From Zootoca vivipara (taxonomy: Eukaryota): DNA of 64,000 nt. Every line of letters starts with the position of its first letter. Position 1 is the first letter of the stretch. The translations under genes and the position numbers were made by a program. Of the stretch, positions 36,810 through 49,109 are shown piece by piece. The stretch is from assembly GCF_963506605.1 (NCBI RefSeq), contig NC_083288.1:29388001-29452000 (forward strand). Direction: 5' to 3'. The notes beneath the pieces were generated by a model, which saw only the letters and a list, made by a program, of their open reading frames with translations, was not told the DNA's origin and searched no databases.

Positions 36810-39800
36810 AGGATTACTGGCCGATGCCAATGCAGCTATGATTATTATCGAGTAAAAATTTTCTGTTTATACCAGGTAAGCATGAACTAACAATTAGAAA
36901 ATTAAAATGTTAGATGCAGTAATATAACATATGGAAAATACAGAGGACACCAATGCAGCTATGATTTTTATTGAGTAAAATTTACCATTAATGCAAGGCA
37001 AGCATAAATTAACAGCTACAAAATTAAAATGTTAATTGCTGTAATATAAAATTTAAAAATACGAAGGATGCCAATGCAGCTATGAGGGTAAAATAATCAA
37101 GCAACAGTAACACCAATAAAACAATGTAGCAACATACTGCTCAAGGCAACAACAATATAACCCTCGTAGAGGTTCAACTAAATGAGACCATAAATTAATT
37201 AAGGGGAATATAGGCTGTGCTTTGTTGACCCTATAAGCTTCTGTGTCAGGTGAGCACGTATTCCCCCCCCATTGCACACTTACTTAATTCCAACAATAAA
37301 TCCAATTGCTGTGGGGATCTGAGCGGGCTGAGAGCAGGGCGAAAGAGACCGAGCTCCCGTCTCTGGCTCGTTTAGAAGAGGGGTAGCCCCACCTCCCAGC
37401 CAACCCTACTGGTTGGCCCGGGTATGACGGAGGCGGGAACTCCCATCTCGCGAGGGGGCTGAGCGCTCAGCCCCCATCGCGAGAGTTCGCTCAGGCCACG
37501 CCCACAACCCCACCTCCGTGAGATGCGGAAGTGGCTTAATGATGAGGCTGAGAATGACATGAAAACTCTATTGTGTGAGTCTCAGATGAAGAAAATGAAA
37601 CCTCAAGATAAAATGTTTTACTTGCTTAATGGCAATTATGCAGCTGCATTTCTGAGAGACATCAATTTCAAGATTTAAATTTGATTTTATTAGATTTTAT
37701 ATTATTTATATTTATTTATTTATTTATTTGATTAGATTATATTTTAATTGGTGTGCTCCCAATATTTACTTAGTCCTAGTCCATATTTACTAGTCCATAT
37801 TTACTAGTCCTAGTCCAACACTCTAAGCGCTACACTGTACTGGCTCAGAATAGTCAGAATAATTTATTTATGTTAATCAGATTCAGTACTTAATTGGAGT
37901 TGCAGCTTGACATCTTGGACAATAAAAAAGATATAACAACCATGTAGGTTTTGAAATCAGTTTCCCATTCACCAACACTTCACTCTTAAGCATCCCTTAC
38001 ATAAGACTGAAGTTAAGGGTCAGGGGTTTAAAGATAGAGGGGAAATAATGGTAGGAAATATAGACAATTGCATCACTTGTTTTGTAAATCAGGATTTGCA
38101 AATCCTCATGGTGATGTTCTCCAAGGAGGGACTCTCTGAAACACTCCAGAAAGCAGGGAGGCTCAATTAATCCCTCTTTGTCACAAACTATAAATCATCT
38201 ACTAAAGATCGCACTTCAACATTTTGACACTTTCGTCTTCCAGACAAAGAGAGAGGTGAGTAGAATCCTATTAGCTCATCCTCAGTGCAGACTAGGGCAC
38301 ATATTTCAGTTCTGAAAAGACTGAAAAAAGGTTTAATACAGCAGTGGGATTAATGAAGACATGGTTATTCTATGAAAAAAAATAGGTAGTATTTATAGGT
38401 AAGAGATAGTAAAGTGGTGTTTCAAAATTCTGGGAATCTCATCAAAAATTCTGAGCTCTCACCAAAGCCAAATGATTTTTCATTGATGCTAGGTGGTGTG
38501 TGATTTGCTTTTTAAAAATAGTGAGAGCTGGAATTCTTAAATTAAGTTACTGTCCCAGTCATGAAAATTTAGCTGATGGATTTACAAAACCGCTTGTGTT
38601 TCAGCGTCATGAAGAATTTTGTGAAGAAATGGGTCTGAAATAACTTTGTAGGACTGTTTATTTTTTGCCAGCGAGAGGGGGTGTTAGGGCTTTAAACCTG
38701 AGACGCTGGCAAATTAGCATGGTCATGTGATTTAAGTTGTTAAGTTGTTAAGATGCTAAGTATATATAGAGCGTTTGTTTTGTTTGCCTGTGCGGTGTGG
38801 AGAAGTCATGTCTGAAAGCTCTGGAGGTGTTTCTGTTATGCAATCAATCTGTCTGTAGAAAGTTGGGCTTCGGTGGGTCGTTTCTGCTGCCAAGCTACAA
38901 GGTTTTTACCACAACAAGAATACAGATGCTGTGCTTAATGCTCTGCAAAGAGAACTGTTTCTGGTCTGCGCAGCGCAAGCGTTTTACTGGACCAGAGCAG
39001 AAAACCTCTTATGCTGTTTGTGGGTGCTTATTGGTAACATAAATAACCTGTGATGGGAGGGAGAGAAGGGGCTGAAATTATCCAACACGCTTCTCAGAAA
39101 ACTATCATATGTGAAATTTCTGCTCACTTAATGTCGAATAAAATTGCTGTATTGGTAGTTCACATCAAAAGATCAGGGAAGCAATTGGCAAAGTAGTAAG
39201 GACTTGACAGATCCATGGATCTAGGAATAAAGATGAAACCCATAGCAGTATTGTTTCTCAAACCAGCTACACTTCAGCTAGAGTCCTTCAGCCTTTCCTA
39301 ATTCATCCCCAACCAAGGTGTGAACACCTAACACACCCATATCCTATTTCATAGCATAAAATTTTGCTTTGGATCCTTCCCAAGTTTCTTTTACCAAAAC
39401 TATTGCTCCAGTTTATAATCATGGACCTGTTTCAGATGGTGTGCTCCCAATATTTACTTATTGTCGTTATATTCCACCTTTCCTCCACGGAGCTGAAGGG
39501 CATCCTTCCAAAGTCTAACCTCCAGATAGCTCTCTAAGATAGCTTAGCCTGAGAAAATTGGTGAAAAGTCACCCAGTTATCTTAATGGCTGAGCAGAGAT
39601 TTGAACCTGGGTTCCCTAGTCCTAGTCCAACACTCTAAGTGCTACATTGTAGTTGCTCAGAATAGTCAGAATAATTTATTTATGTTAATCAGATTCAGTA
39701 CTTAATTTGAGTTGCAGCTTGACATCTTGGACAATAAAAAAGATATAACAACCATGTAGGTTTTGAAATCAGTTTCCCATTCATCAACACTTCACTCTTA

Positions 39801-40778
39801 AGCATCCCTTACATAAGACTGAAGTTAAGGGTCAGGGTTAAAAGATAGAGGGGAAATAATGGTAGGAAATATAGACAATTGCATCACTTGTTTTGTAAAT
39901 CAGGATTTGCAAATCCTCATGGTGATGTTCTCCAAGAAGGGACTCTCTGAAACACTACAGAAAGCAGGGAGGCTCAATTGACCCCTCTGTGTCACAAACT
40001 ATAAATCATCTACTAAAGACCGCACTTCAACATTTTGACACTTTCGTCTTCCAGACAAAGACAGAGGTGAGTAGAATCCTATTAGCTCATCCTTAGTGCA
40101 GACTAGGGCACATATTTCAGTTCCGAAAAAACTGAATAAAAGGTTTAATACAATAGTAAAGTGCTATGATGTATCATGCATGTGTTTAGAACATCATAGC
40201 ACTTTACTATCGGACTTGATTATTGCACATTATACTGGACTTTTAAGACTTCGAGCATGAGATTTTGTACACATTTTTGAAACTCCTTGTATATGTGAAG
40301 GTTGCTGGTGCATATATTTTTAAATATTTGCACTTCACAGTGGTTTACCTTTTCATTGTTTTGCTAACATTACCGTGTTGTCTGTTTGTTGCTATTTACA
40401 TCTAATAGCAAGGTTGCCCTTATGATCTATGGATCTAGGATTTGATTCTGCTTTCTCATTCTTGATTCAACATGAAACCAAGATGTGTCTTTGCTGAGAT
40501 GCTCCCCATGCTCCCTGCCAACTCTAAAATTCTATTGGTACTGTACTGGGGAGAATGAATGATATCAGTTGAATGTCTACTGCTGGCATCACTCATTACC
40601 TCATATTGAGAAAGGGGGCAAACCCCACATACAATTGCCTGCATATTCCCTCAACCAATCGACTTTCATTAACTCCTTTCTAATTTTAGCTGTTACAAAC
40701 ACCTCTGCTGGTGCTGCCAAAACACAATAACAGAGCTACTCTTCAAGAAATTGTTCGATGAAATATTAAAGAATTAAG

Positions 40779-41714
40779 ATGACCAACCAGTCTACAGTGA
40801 CAGAATTTCTTCTGATGGGGTTTTCCAGTGACCGAGAAGAAGAACTGTTCTACCTTGTGATATTTCTCTCCATTTATTTAATAGCCTTAGTGGGAAATTT
40901 CCTCATCATCATTGCTTTTGCTCTGAACCACAAATTGCACACTCCTATGTACTTCTTTCTGGTCAACCTATCATTATCAGACATTTGCTACATCTCAACC
41001 ACAATCCCCAAATCCATAGCTGCTTCTTTTTCAGATGACAAAAGGATTTCTTTTGCTGGCTGTGTCGCACAGGTTTTCTTAGTTTTCACTTTTGCAGGTT
41101 CTGAGCTTGCCTTGCTCACAATCATGGCTTATGATCGCTATGTTGCAATCTGCCATCCTCTGCAGTATGAGCTAATCATGGACTGGCATGCCTGCAACCA
41201 AATGGCAGCTGCTTCCTGGATAAGCAACCTAATTCATCCATCATTACAGACCATTATCACTTTCAGGCTACATTTCTGTGGGTCCAATATTATTGGGCAG
41301 TATTTCTGTGATATTCCTCAGCTGCTAAAGATTTCTTGTACTGACACAAAGCTTAACCAAATTTTGATTTTTGCCTTTGGGATTATAGGAAATTCATTTT
41401 GTGGAGGGTTCATCTTTGTTTCCTATGGCTACATCTTCTCTGCTGTGCTGAGAATCCCATCTGTTCAAGGCAGATATAAAGCTTTCTCTACCTGCATTCC
41501 TCACCTGACTGTCTTTTCTTTATTTATGAGCACAGCTGTGTTTTCATACATGAGACCTAAAGAGCTTTCTTCTACAATGATGGATTTGCTCTCTGCTGTA
41601 TTGTATACTGTTTTGCCACCACTACTGAATCCCATTATTTATAGCTTTCGGAACAAAGACATCCAAGAGGCCGTGTTGAAAATACCGGAAAGAATTCGAA
41701 ATCTCCTAGCATGA
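40779..41714 (+). CDS. Olfactory receptor, family 14-like (311 aa)
   Basis: Complete OR motif set; upstream donor GT at 40067 and a second module with GT at 38256. Confidence 0.97.
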   Translation: MTNQSTVTEFLLMGFSSDREEELFYLVIFLSIYLIALVGNFLIIIAFALNHKLHTPMYFFLVNLSLSDICYISTTIPKSIAASFSDDKRISFAGCVAQVFLVFTFAGSELALLTIMAYDRYVAICHPLQYELIMDWHACNQMAAASWISNLIHPSLQTIITFRLHFCGSNIIGQYFCDIPQLLKISCTDTKLNQILIFAFGIIGNSFCGGFIFVSYGYIFSAVLRIPSVQGRYKAFSTCIPHLTVFSLFMSTAVFSYMRPKELSSTMMDLLSAVLYTVLPPLLNPIIYSFRNKDIQEAVLKIPERIRNLLA

Positions 41715-42339
41715 TTTCTTGCAGGGTGTCTCATACACATCACAAGTCCTGTGCATTGCATAAAAATGCAAATGTCAGTTAAAATACCTTAAAATGCATT
41801 TTTAATATAATTGTATGTTGCAAATAGAAGTGTATTGGGCAGATTTGCATTTAAAATGTTTATATTAGGAACGTTTCACACAAAAAGCTTGATGAGTTTT
41901 CATTAGGACATTACACACACACACACACACACAAACACAAACACACAGTATGACGATGTGGAAACGTGAGGAACTGGATCGAATGCTAAGAAATGGAAAG
42001 AAAATGAAATTGACACATTCAACCTTGCTACTCCCAGCCTGCTAAATTGGGTTTCTTTTTGAGTGGGGGTGTTAGGTGGGAGGAAGGGTAGAATAAGTCT
42101 TTGCACAAGTGATGAGGTCTCTGGACCACATTTGAATCCAATATTCTGTCCTGAGTTTCTCACATAACTGTGGCCCCTCCTCCTTCACTGTTTTAGAGGT
42201 GCGTTATTCTACCACCATACTTACTAGGTCATGCATGTCGTTGTGCATGGTTAATTTTATAGGCATTTCTTTTTTAAAAGAGCTATATCAGTTCAGTTCA
42301 ATGAGTATCGGAATACTTAATGTGTTTATTAGTAGTAGC

Positions 42340-42521
42340 TGACTATTTTCTTTATTTATTAGCAGAGCTGTGTTTTCATACACAAAAACTAAGGTGTTTT
42401 TCTCTACTGATTTGCTCCCTTCTGTACTGTATACTGTTTTGCCACCATTACTGAATCCCATAATTATCTATAGCTTCAGAAACAAGAACATCCAAGAGGC
42501 AGTGCTGTAAATACCGAAAAA
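42340..42521 (+). pseudogene. Truncated OR14-like TM6-TM7 fragment
   Basis: Paralog of the 3' half of 7418-7716. Confidence 0.82.
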
Positions 42522-42666
42522 GGTAAAAGGTATTCAATTATGTTTGCATAAGCTGTGTCCCACACTAATTCCAGGTTATTACACAGGTTTCTAGCGCCCA
42601 CTTTTGTGTGATGTCCCTAAATTCTGGACTTTGTCCTCTTTTACAGCTTACACTTAAAATGTGCAT

Positions 42667-43009
42667 AGGTAAAGGGACCCCTGACCATTAGGTCCAGTCA
42701 TGAACAACTCTGGGGTTGCGGCACTCATCTCGCGTTATTGGCCGAGGGAGCCGGCATACAGCTTCCAGGTAATGTGGCCAGCATGACTAAGCCGTTTCTG
42801 GCGAACCAGAGCAGCGCACCGAAACGCCGTTTACCTTCCCGCCGGAGGTATTTATCTACTTGCACTTTGATGTGCTTTCAAACTGCTAGGTTGGCAGAAG
42901 CTGGGACCAAGCAACAGGAGCTCACCCCGTTGCAGGGATTCGAACCACCGACCTTCTGATGGGCAAGCCCTAGGCACAGTGGTTTAACTCACAGCGCCAC
43001 CTGCGTCCC
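42667..43009 (-). mobile_element. Sauria SINE
   Basis: Full-length reverse complement of the Sauria SINE family. Confidence 0.92.
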
Positions 43010-44289
43010 GGAACATGCTATAGTGTGGGCTAAAAATTCATCTTAAAATATATAGATAGATAGATTAGAATGAAGCTTTTGCTCATATTATGTACCTCCC
43101 GTGGCTTCGGAAATGAAGTTCCCAAATGGAAGAAGTGCTCACAAAACATTTTTATGTACAAAACTAATAGGGGGGGGGGGAGTCATGACAAAGAACTGAA
43201 AAATGTGTATTTTACCAGAGCAGTGTGTACAGAAAGTATACAAAATGGATGCAATTTAAATGCAGAGATTTTGTTCATTTAAAAAAGGGGGGGGGGGGAA
43301 TCAGCACAAAAAGAGGATGGACTTGACCTATCACTGATTATGTGCATTTATTTCAAATAAAGAAAAATGAAAGGATTGCACCCTCACTCTTTAAAGGTAA
43401 AGTAATAATACTCATCCAAAGGTAGAGATTTTTCACAAGTTTCATATTTGCTTTCATTTTTCACCTCCATTTTACGCAATCTATCTAGAATTTGGCAACT
43501 ATGCTGCCCTGAGAGAGAATAGTCCTGAATTTGCCAATTGGGTGGAAAACACTTAAGTTACAGGCCGCAGAAAACACGATGCCTCTCCACAAATACAAAA
43601 ACAAGAACTAATACAATTTAGAAAATCAGCTAAGTTGTTTTTGAAGAGTGGGAAAGTAGATATTCAATTTTAGTTTGCATTCCTTTTCAGAAGCAAAATA
43701 CTGTAGTGCAAAACCTGGTGAAAATCAGATGATTGGCCGCTATGCCTTTAAATCCTTTAAATGTGTTGTGACTCCCATTTACTGTGCACTCACTGTGTTT
43801 CCTTTGTTGGTTTTTTTAATTCAGGTTCTTATAATGCTATCCAAAACGCATATCTGTACCTTTGAAATAACATATGGCTGTTTAATGTATTGCTTCGTGC
43901 CACCCCAAATCTCTGAGCCGTGCAAGATCTCAAAGGTTCCAGGGTTTGTGTTCTCCTTGGAATGAGGTGAAGTAGAGACTGTGTGGTCTATAGGCTATAT
44001 GGTTTATTTAAACATATATACAACCTGAGTCTACATTGCAGGGTTCACAGCATTATCACCCCAAGAGGGTCTTGCTTCTCTCATAGCTGCAGATTTGAAT
44101 ATAAACAGAAATCAAGCATCTTTCTGTATTTCCAGCTTCCCAGCCTGCTTCTTCCAGTTTCTAGCTCCCATTATCCCACCCTCAACTCTTGCCATTGTAT
44201 TTCTAACTATCAGGAAGTTGAAGAAGGGGCCCCACCCATTTGCTACCTGGCAGAGAGCCTCTCCTTTTTTGTTACCTTAATGGCCAATT

Positions 44290-45162
44290 CCCGAACCAGG
44301 GAGCTAGCCGGGCTATTCTAGGAATGACTGCTCCACACATCAATTGGGGGGGGACTTTTGCATGGTCACACACAGCCCCCTGATCCCAGAGGGCGACTCC
44401 CTGGTAGTTCGGGGCTGGCACCGCCTTCCCAGGTAGGATGTCATGGGTCTCGGCCAACCCAAGCCTATCATCCAATCCTGCCTGGGGAGGTGTTGCCAGG
44501 GGATGGCCAGGTAAGGGGAGGGACTGTCCGGCTCACACAATAGAATTTGAATCTTACCTCCAAGCACCAGTTGGTTCCAGAGCTTCTCCCACCCTCCATA
44601 CCCTCATTCAAGTTCTTTTGCAGGTTAACCTTTTCTCTACAGGTTCACAGGCGCTGCTATGTCAAGGCCGCTGTTGAAGAGTCGGAAAGGAATTTTCCTG
44701 CATTGGCAGGTTTCGCCTTTCCTGTAGCAATACGTCACAACTTTGGTAGTGTCAGGCCTTGGGCGGAATTCTTTGGCGATTTTCCTAGAGGGAGGGGCGT
44801 GAGGCGGAGACCTCACTCCCTTTGCAGCAAAATGATCGGGGTATTGGAGGAAGCCTTGACCATGCCAATAGGGGTCATCACTTCCCCCTTCAAGTGGCGG
44901 TGAACAGGGGATGGGCTCTCTCTGCTTGAACATAAGTTCTCCAGAGCCAGCCCCAACCCCCATACATGTGGAGGACCCCGAAGCCTCCCAGAACCCCGGA
45001 TGGGGAGTGGGAAGGATAACGCCCAATGCCTGAGCCAAGGTCTCCTTACATCTGAATCTTAATAAAGTTGTGGCCAATTTGAATCCTATAGCATTTTGCC
45101 CTGTGTCTTTATTCTGCTCAGGGGGTCGCCTGGGGGTTTGGGGGACTCCGCCTGTCCACGCA
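44290..45162 (+). mobile_element. Unclassified element, possibly Ngaro/DIRS-related
   Basis: Ends with the same aataaagttgtggcc terminal architecture (45061). Its 5' part resembles 65-195, 29850-29985 and 17100-17230. Confidence 0.5.
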
Positions 45163-45464
45163 ATGTGAATTAGATTGCTTAGATTTTAACACTTCCTGGA
45201 TCCAGGGTTTAGAAGGGGGCCCAGGCATACAGTCCCCTCTCCAAACCCATAACAGTATTGTTTCTCAAAGCACCTGAACTCCAGCTAGAGTCCTTCAGCC
45301 ATTCCTAATTCATCTCTAGCCAAGGTGTGAACACCTAACACACCCACATCCTATTGCATAGCATATCATTTTGCTTTGGATCCTTCCCAAGTTTTTTTAA
45401 CCAAATCAGTTGCTTCCGATTAAAATCAAAGACCTGTTCCAAATTATTTGCTCCCCATACGTCC

Positions 45465-45704
45465 CCTGTTCCTCCTATTTTAAGACGTAGTCATAAAATA
45501 AGTCATAGCAGGATTTTTAAGCATTCAAGGAATATAAGCCATACCCCGAAAATAAGACATAGTGATAGGCGCAGCAGCAATACTGGCCGCGGCAGGAGGA
45601 GGAGGAGGAGGAAAAAAATAAGACATCCCCTGAAAATAAGCCATAGTGTGTTTTTTTGAGGAAAAATAAATATAAGACGGTGAATTATTTTCGGAGAAAC
45701 ACGG
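45465..45704. mobile_element. Tc2/pogo-like MITE
   Basis: Right end ttattttcggagaaacacgg|ta, internal aaaataagac/aaaataagcc repeats, degenerate left end. Confidence 0.65.
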
Positions 45705-45714
45705 TAGGGGTCTT

Positions 45715-46306
45715 GTTGACTGTGTTGGCCCCAAAAGTTAATGCCTGAGTTGGGGAAATTCCGGTCAGGAAGTCAGGGGCTCGATGCAAGTCCGTAACTC
45801 TCTCGGTCGGGGGCCAGGGCCGCGCGAGAGCCCTTGGGAGCCTGAGGGGAGAGGGGTGGGCTTATGCACCCAGCTCCCTGTCTCTCCCTGTACGGTTTCC
45901 CCTGTTGACAAGGCTAGTTTACTGTAGTTCTGTCCTTAGGTGACAGCTGGATAATTAATGCCTGAGTTAGGAGAGATTCTGGTCAGGAATACAGGGGCTC
46001 TATGCAGTGTCCATAACCCCGGTCGGGGGCCAGCAACACACATGAGCCCCTGGGAGCCTGAGGGGAGAGGGGAGAGCCTATTGGACCCGACTCCCTGTCT
46101 CTCCCTGTAGGGTTTCCCCTTGTTGACAAGGCAAGTTTATTTCTGTCCTTAGGTGACAGTTGGAGAATCAATGCCTATGCAACCACTCACTTATTTTATA
46201 TTTGTATTTCAATAAAAGTTGTGGCCAAATTCATGCCAAAAACCATTAAACAAAAATTCTGTCTATGGTGTGAGTTATTTGAGGGGTGGTTTTTGGGGAC
46301 CTCCAC
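45715..46306 (+). mobile_element. LTR-like/terminal-repeat element with an internal ~218-bp tandem duplication
   Basis: ttaatgcctgagtt...ggtgacag occurs twice (45738, 45956); aataaaagttgtggcc at 46211; no TSD found. Confidence 0.55.
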
Positions 46307-46316
46307 ACACAATCCA

Positions 46317-46427
46317 GTTTCAGTTTCATGCTATATTTCTGTGAGACCAATATCATAGGACAATATTTTGTGACCTACCTCAGTTACAAAAGATTTTTTG
46401 CAGTGATACATAAGTTAATCAAGTTCA
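46317..46427 (+). pseudogene. OR14-like extracellular loop 2 fragment
   Basis: FMLYFCETNIIGQYF then frameshifted DLPQLQKIFCSDT; most similar to the 28329 gene. Confidence 0.75.
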
Positions 46428-47316
46428 ACACTCTGACTGCCACAATATATACAATACTTTATTATTATTAAGAAAATTGCACTCCTTGTTGTGTAAATCA
46501 GGACCTGCAAATCATTATGGTGAGGTTCTCCAAGGAGTGATTCTCTGAAACACTACAGAAATTTAATGAAATTCTCCAAGGAGTGACTCTCTGAAACACT
46601 ACAGACAGCAGGGAGGCTGAACTGATTCCTCCTTGTCATAAAATCTATATCTTCTACTAAAGACTGCACTCCAGAATTTTGACCTTCTTCTTCCAGTCAA
46701 AAATAGAGGTGAGTGGAACACAATTTGTCCATCCTCAGAGGAGACTAGGACTTGGAAGGTACTCATATTTCAGTTCTGCAAAGACCTCAAAATGTTTAAT
46801 ACAGCAGTAAGATTAATGCAGACATGACTATTCTATGATAAAAATAGATTACATTTATAGGGAAGAGAAGATAAAAATGTGGTGTTTCAAAATTCTGGAG
46901 ATTGGGTTTAAACCCTGAGCTCTCATCAAAGCATCATGATCTTTCATTGGTTGCTATCATAAGCTACAGTTAGGAGTTGATTCTACTTTTTCATTCTTGA
47001 TTCGACATGTAACCAAGATGACTCTTTCCTGAGATGCTCTCAGTGTTCCCTTCCAACTCTAAAATTCTATGAGTACTGGGGAGAATCAATGGTGCCAGTT
47101 GAATGTTTACTGCTGGCATCACCCATTACATCATACTGAGATACAGTAGGGGGCAAACCCCACATACAATTGCCTGCATATTCGCCTCAACCAACAGACT
47201 TTCATTAACTCCTTTCTAATTTTAGGTGTAACAACTGCTTTGCTGCTGTTGCTAAAACCCAATAAGAGAGCTACTCTTCTAGAAATTTTTTTAAAGAAAT
47301 ATTTCAAAGAATCAAG

Positions 47317-48252
47317 ATGGCCAACCAGTCTACAGTGACAGAATTTCTTCTGTTGGGGTTTTCCAGTGACCCAAGTGAACAATTTTTGTACTTTGTGATA
47401 TTTCTCTCCATTTATTTAATAGCCTTAGTGGGGAATATCCTCATCATCATTGCTGTTGCCCTGAACTACAGACTGCATACTCCTATGTACTTCTTTCTAG
47501 GCAACCTATCATTATCAGACATCTGCTACATCTCAGCCACTATCCCCAAATCCATTGCTGCTTCCTTGTCAGATGACAAAAGGATTTCTTTTGCTGGCTG
47601 TGTTGCACAGGTTTTCTTAGTTGTGAATTTTGTAGGTTCTGAGCTTGCCTTGCTCACAATCATGGCTTATGATCGCTATGTTGCAATCTGCCATCCTCTG
47701 CAGTATGAGCTAATCATGAACTGGGATGCCTGCATCCAAATGACAGCTGCTTCCTGGATAATCAGCCCAATCCATTCATTGTTACAAACCATTATCACTT
47801 TCAGGCTAGATTTCTGTGGGTCCAATATTATTGGGCAGTATTTCTGTGATGTCCCTCAGTTGCTAAAGATTTCTTGTACTGACCCAAAGCTTAACCAAAT
47901 TTTGATTTTTGCCATTGGGGTTATACTAAATTCATTTTGTGGAGGGTTCATCTTTCTTTCCTATGGCTACATCTTCTCTGCTGTGCTGAGAATCCCATCT
48001 GTTCAAGGCAGATATAAAGCTTTCTCTACCTGCACCCCCCACCTGACTGTATTTTCTTTATTTATGAGCACAGTTGTGTTTTCATACATGAGACCTAAAG
48101 CGCTTTCTTCTATAACAATGGATTTGCTCTCTGCTGTATTGTATAATGTTTTGCCACCATTACTGAATCCCGTTATTTATAGCTTTAGGAACAAAGACCT
48201 CCAGGAGGCTGTGTTGAAAATACCGAAAATAATTAGAAGTCTTCTGGCATGA
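47317..48252 (+). CDS. Olfactory receptor, family 14-like (311 aa)
   Basis: Complete OR motif set; donor GT at 46709 and acceptor ttttag at ~47225. Confidence 0.97.
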   Translation: MANQSTVTEFLLLGFSSDPSEQFLYFVIFLSIYLIALVGNILIIIAVALNYRLHTPMYFFLGNLSLSDICYISATIPKSIAASLSDDKRISFAGCVAQVFLVVNFVGSELALLTIMAYDRYVAICHPLQYELIMNWDACIQMTAASWIISPIHSLLQTIITFRLDFCGSNIIGQYFCDVPQLLKISCTDPKLNQILIFAIGVILNSFCGGFIFLSYGYIFSAVLRIPSVQGRYKAFSTCTPHLTVFSLFMSTVVFSYMRPKALSSITMDLLSAVLYNVLPPLLNPVIYSFRNKDLQEAVLKIPKIIRSLLA

Positions 48253-48276
48253 TTGCTTGCATAGTGTCTCATACAT

Positions 48277-48600
48277 ATCACATTTCCTGTGCATTTCATA
48301 ACAATTCAAATGTCATTGAATATAGCATAATAATGTATTATACTATGTAATAGTGATTTGCAAATAGATGTGTATTGGGAAAATTTCCACATAAAATGTG
48401 TATATTAGGAAAGTTTCACACACAATGATGAGTTTTCATCACATTTCCTGTGCATTTCATAACAATGCAAATGTCATTGAAAATAGCATAATAATGTATT
48501 ATACTATGTAATAGTGCTTTGCAAATGAATGTGTATTGGCCAAAATTGCATATAAAATGTGTATATTAGGAAAGTTTCACACACAATGTCTGATTAGTTT
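48277..48600. repeat. ~160-bp tandem duplication in the 3' flank
   Basis: atcacatttcctgtgcatttcataacaa...gtttcacacacaatg occurs twice. Confidence 0.85.
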
Positions 48601-48645
48601 TCATTAGGATACACACACACACACACAAACAGTATTCCTGAGTAC

Positions 48646-48946
48646 ATTCATTTTGTGGAGGGTTCATATTTGTTTGCTATGGCTACATCTTTTCTGCTGT
48701 GCTGAGAATCCCATCTTTTCAAGGTAGATATAAAGCATTCTCTACCTGCATACCCCATCTGACTGTCTTTTCTTTATTTATTAGCACATATTTGTTTTCA
48801 TATATGACTTCTAAACCATTTTCTTCTACAACGATGGATTTGCTCTCTGCTGTATTGTATACTGTTTTGGCACCACTACTGAATCCCATTAGCTATAGCT
48901 TCAGAAACAAGAACATCCAAAAGGCAGTGCTGTAAATACTGAAAAA
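48646..48946 (+). pseudogene. Truncated OR14-like TM5-TM7 fragment, still in frame
   Basis: LRIPSFQGRYKAFSTCIPHL...LLNPISYSFRNKNIQKAVL*. Confidence 0.9.
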
Positions 48947-49109
48947 GGTAAAAGGTCTTCAATTATGTTTGCGTAAGCTGTGTCCCACACTTATTCCAGG
49001 CTATTACACAGGTTTCTAGTGCCCACTTTTGTGTGATGTCCCTTAATTCTGGCCTTTGTCCTGTTTTACAGCTTACACTTTGTTAAAATGTGCATAAGAT
49101 GCATATAAT

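Larger units (their letters stand above)
29787..42340 (+). repeat. Segmental duplication unit paralogous to 1-~7290 (and 38647-44477 paralogous to 11216-17231)
   Basis: Window position 1 aligns to 29787. The OR6 pseudogene, SINE, solo LTR, MITE and OR14 are shared in the same order, and several translated ORFs are identical. Confidence 0.93.
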
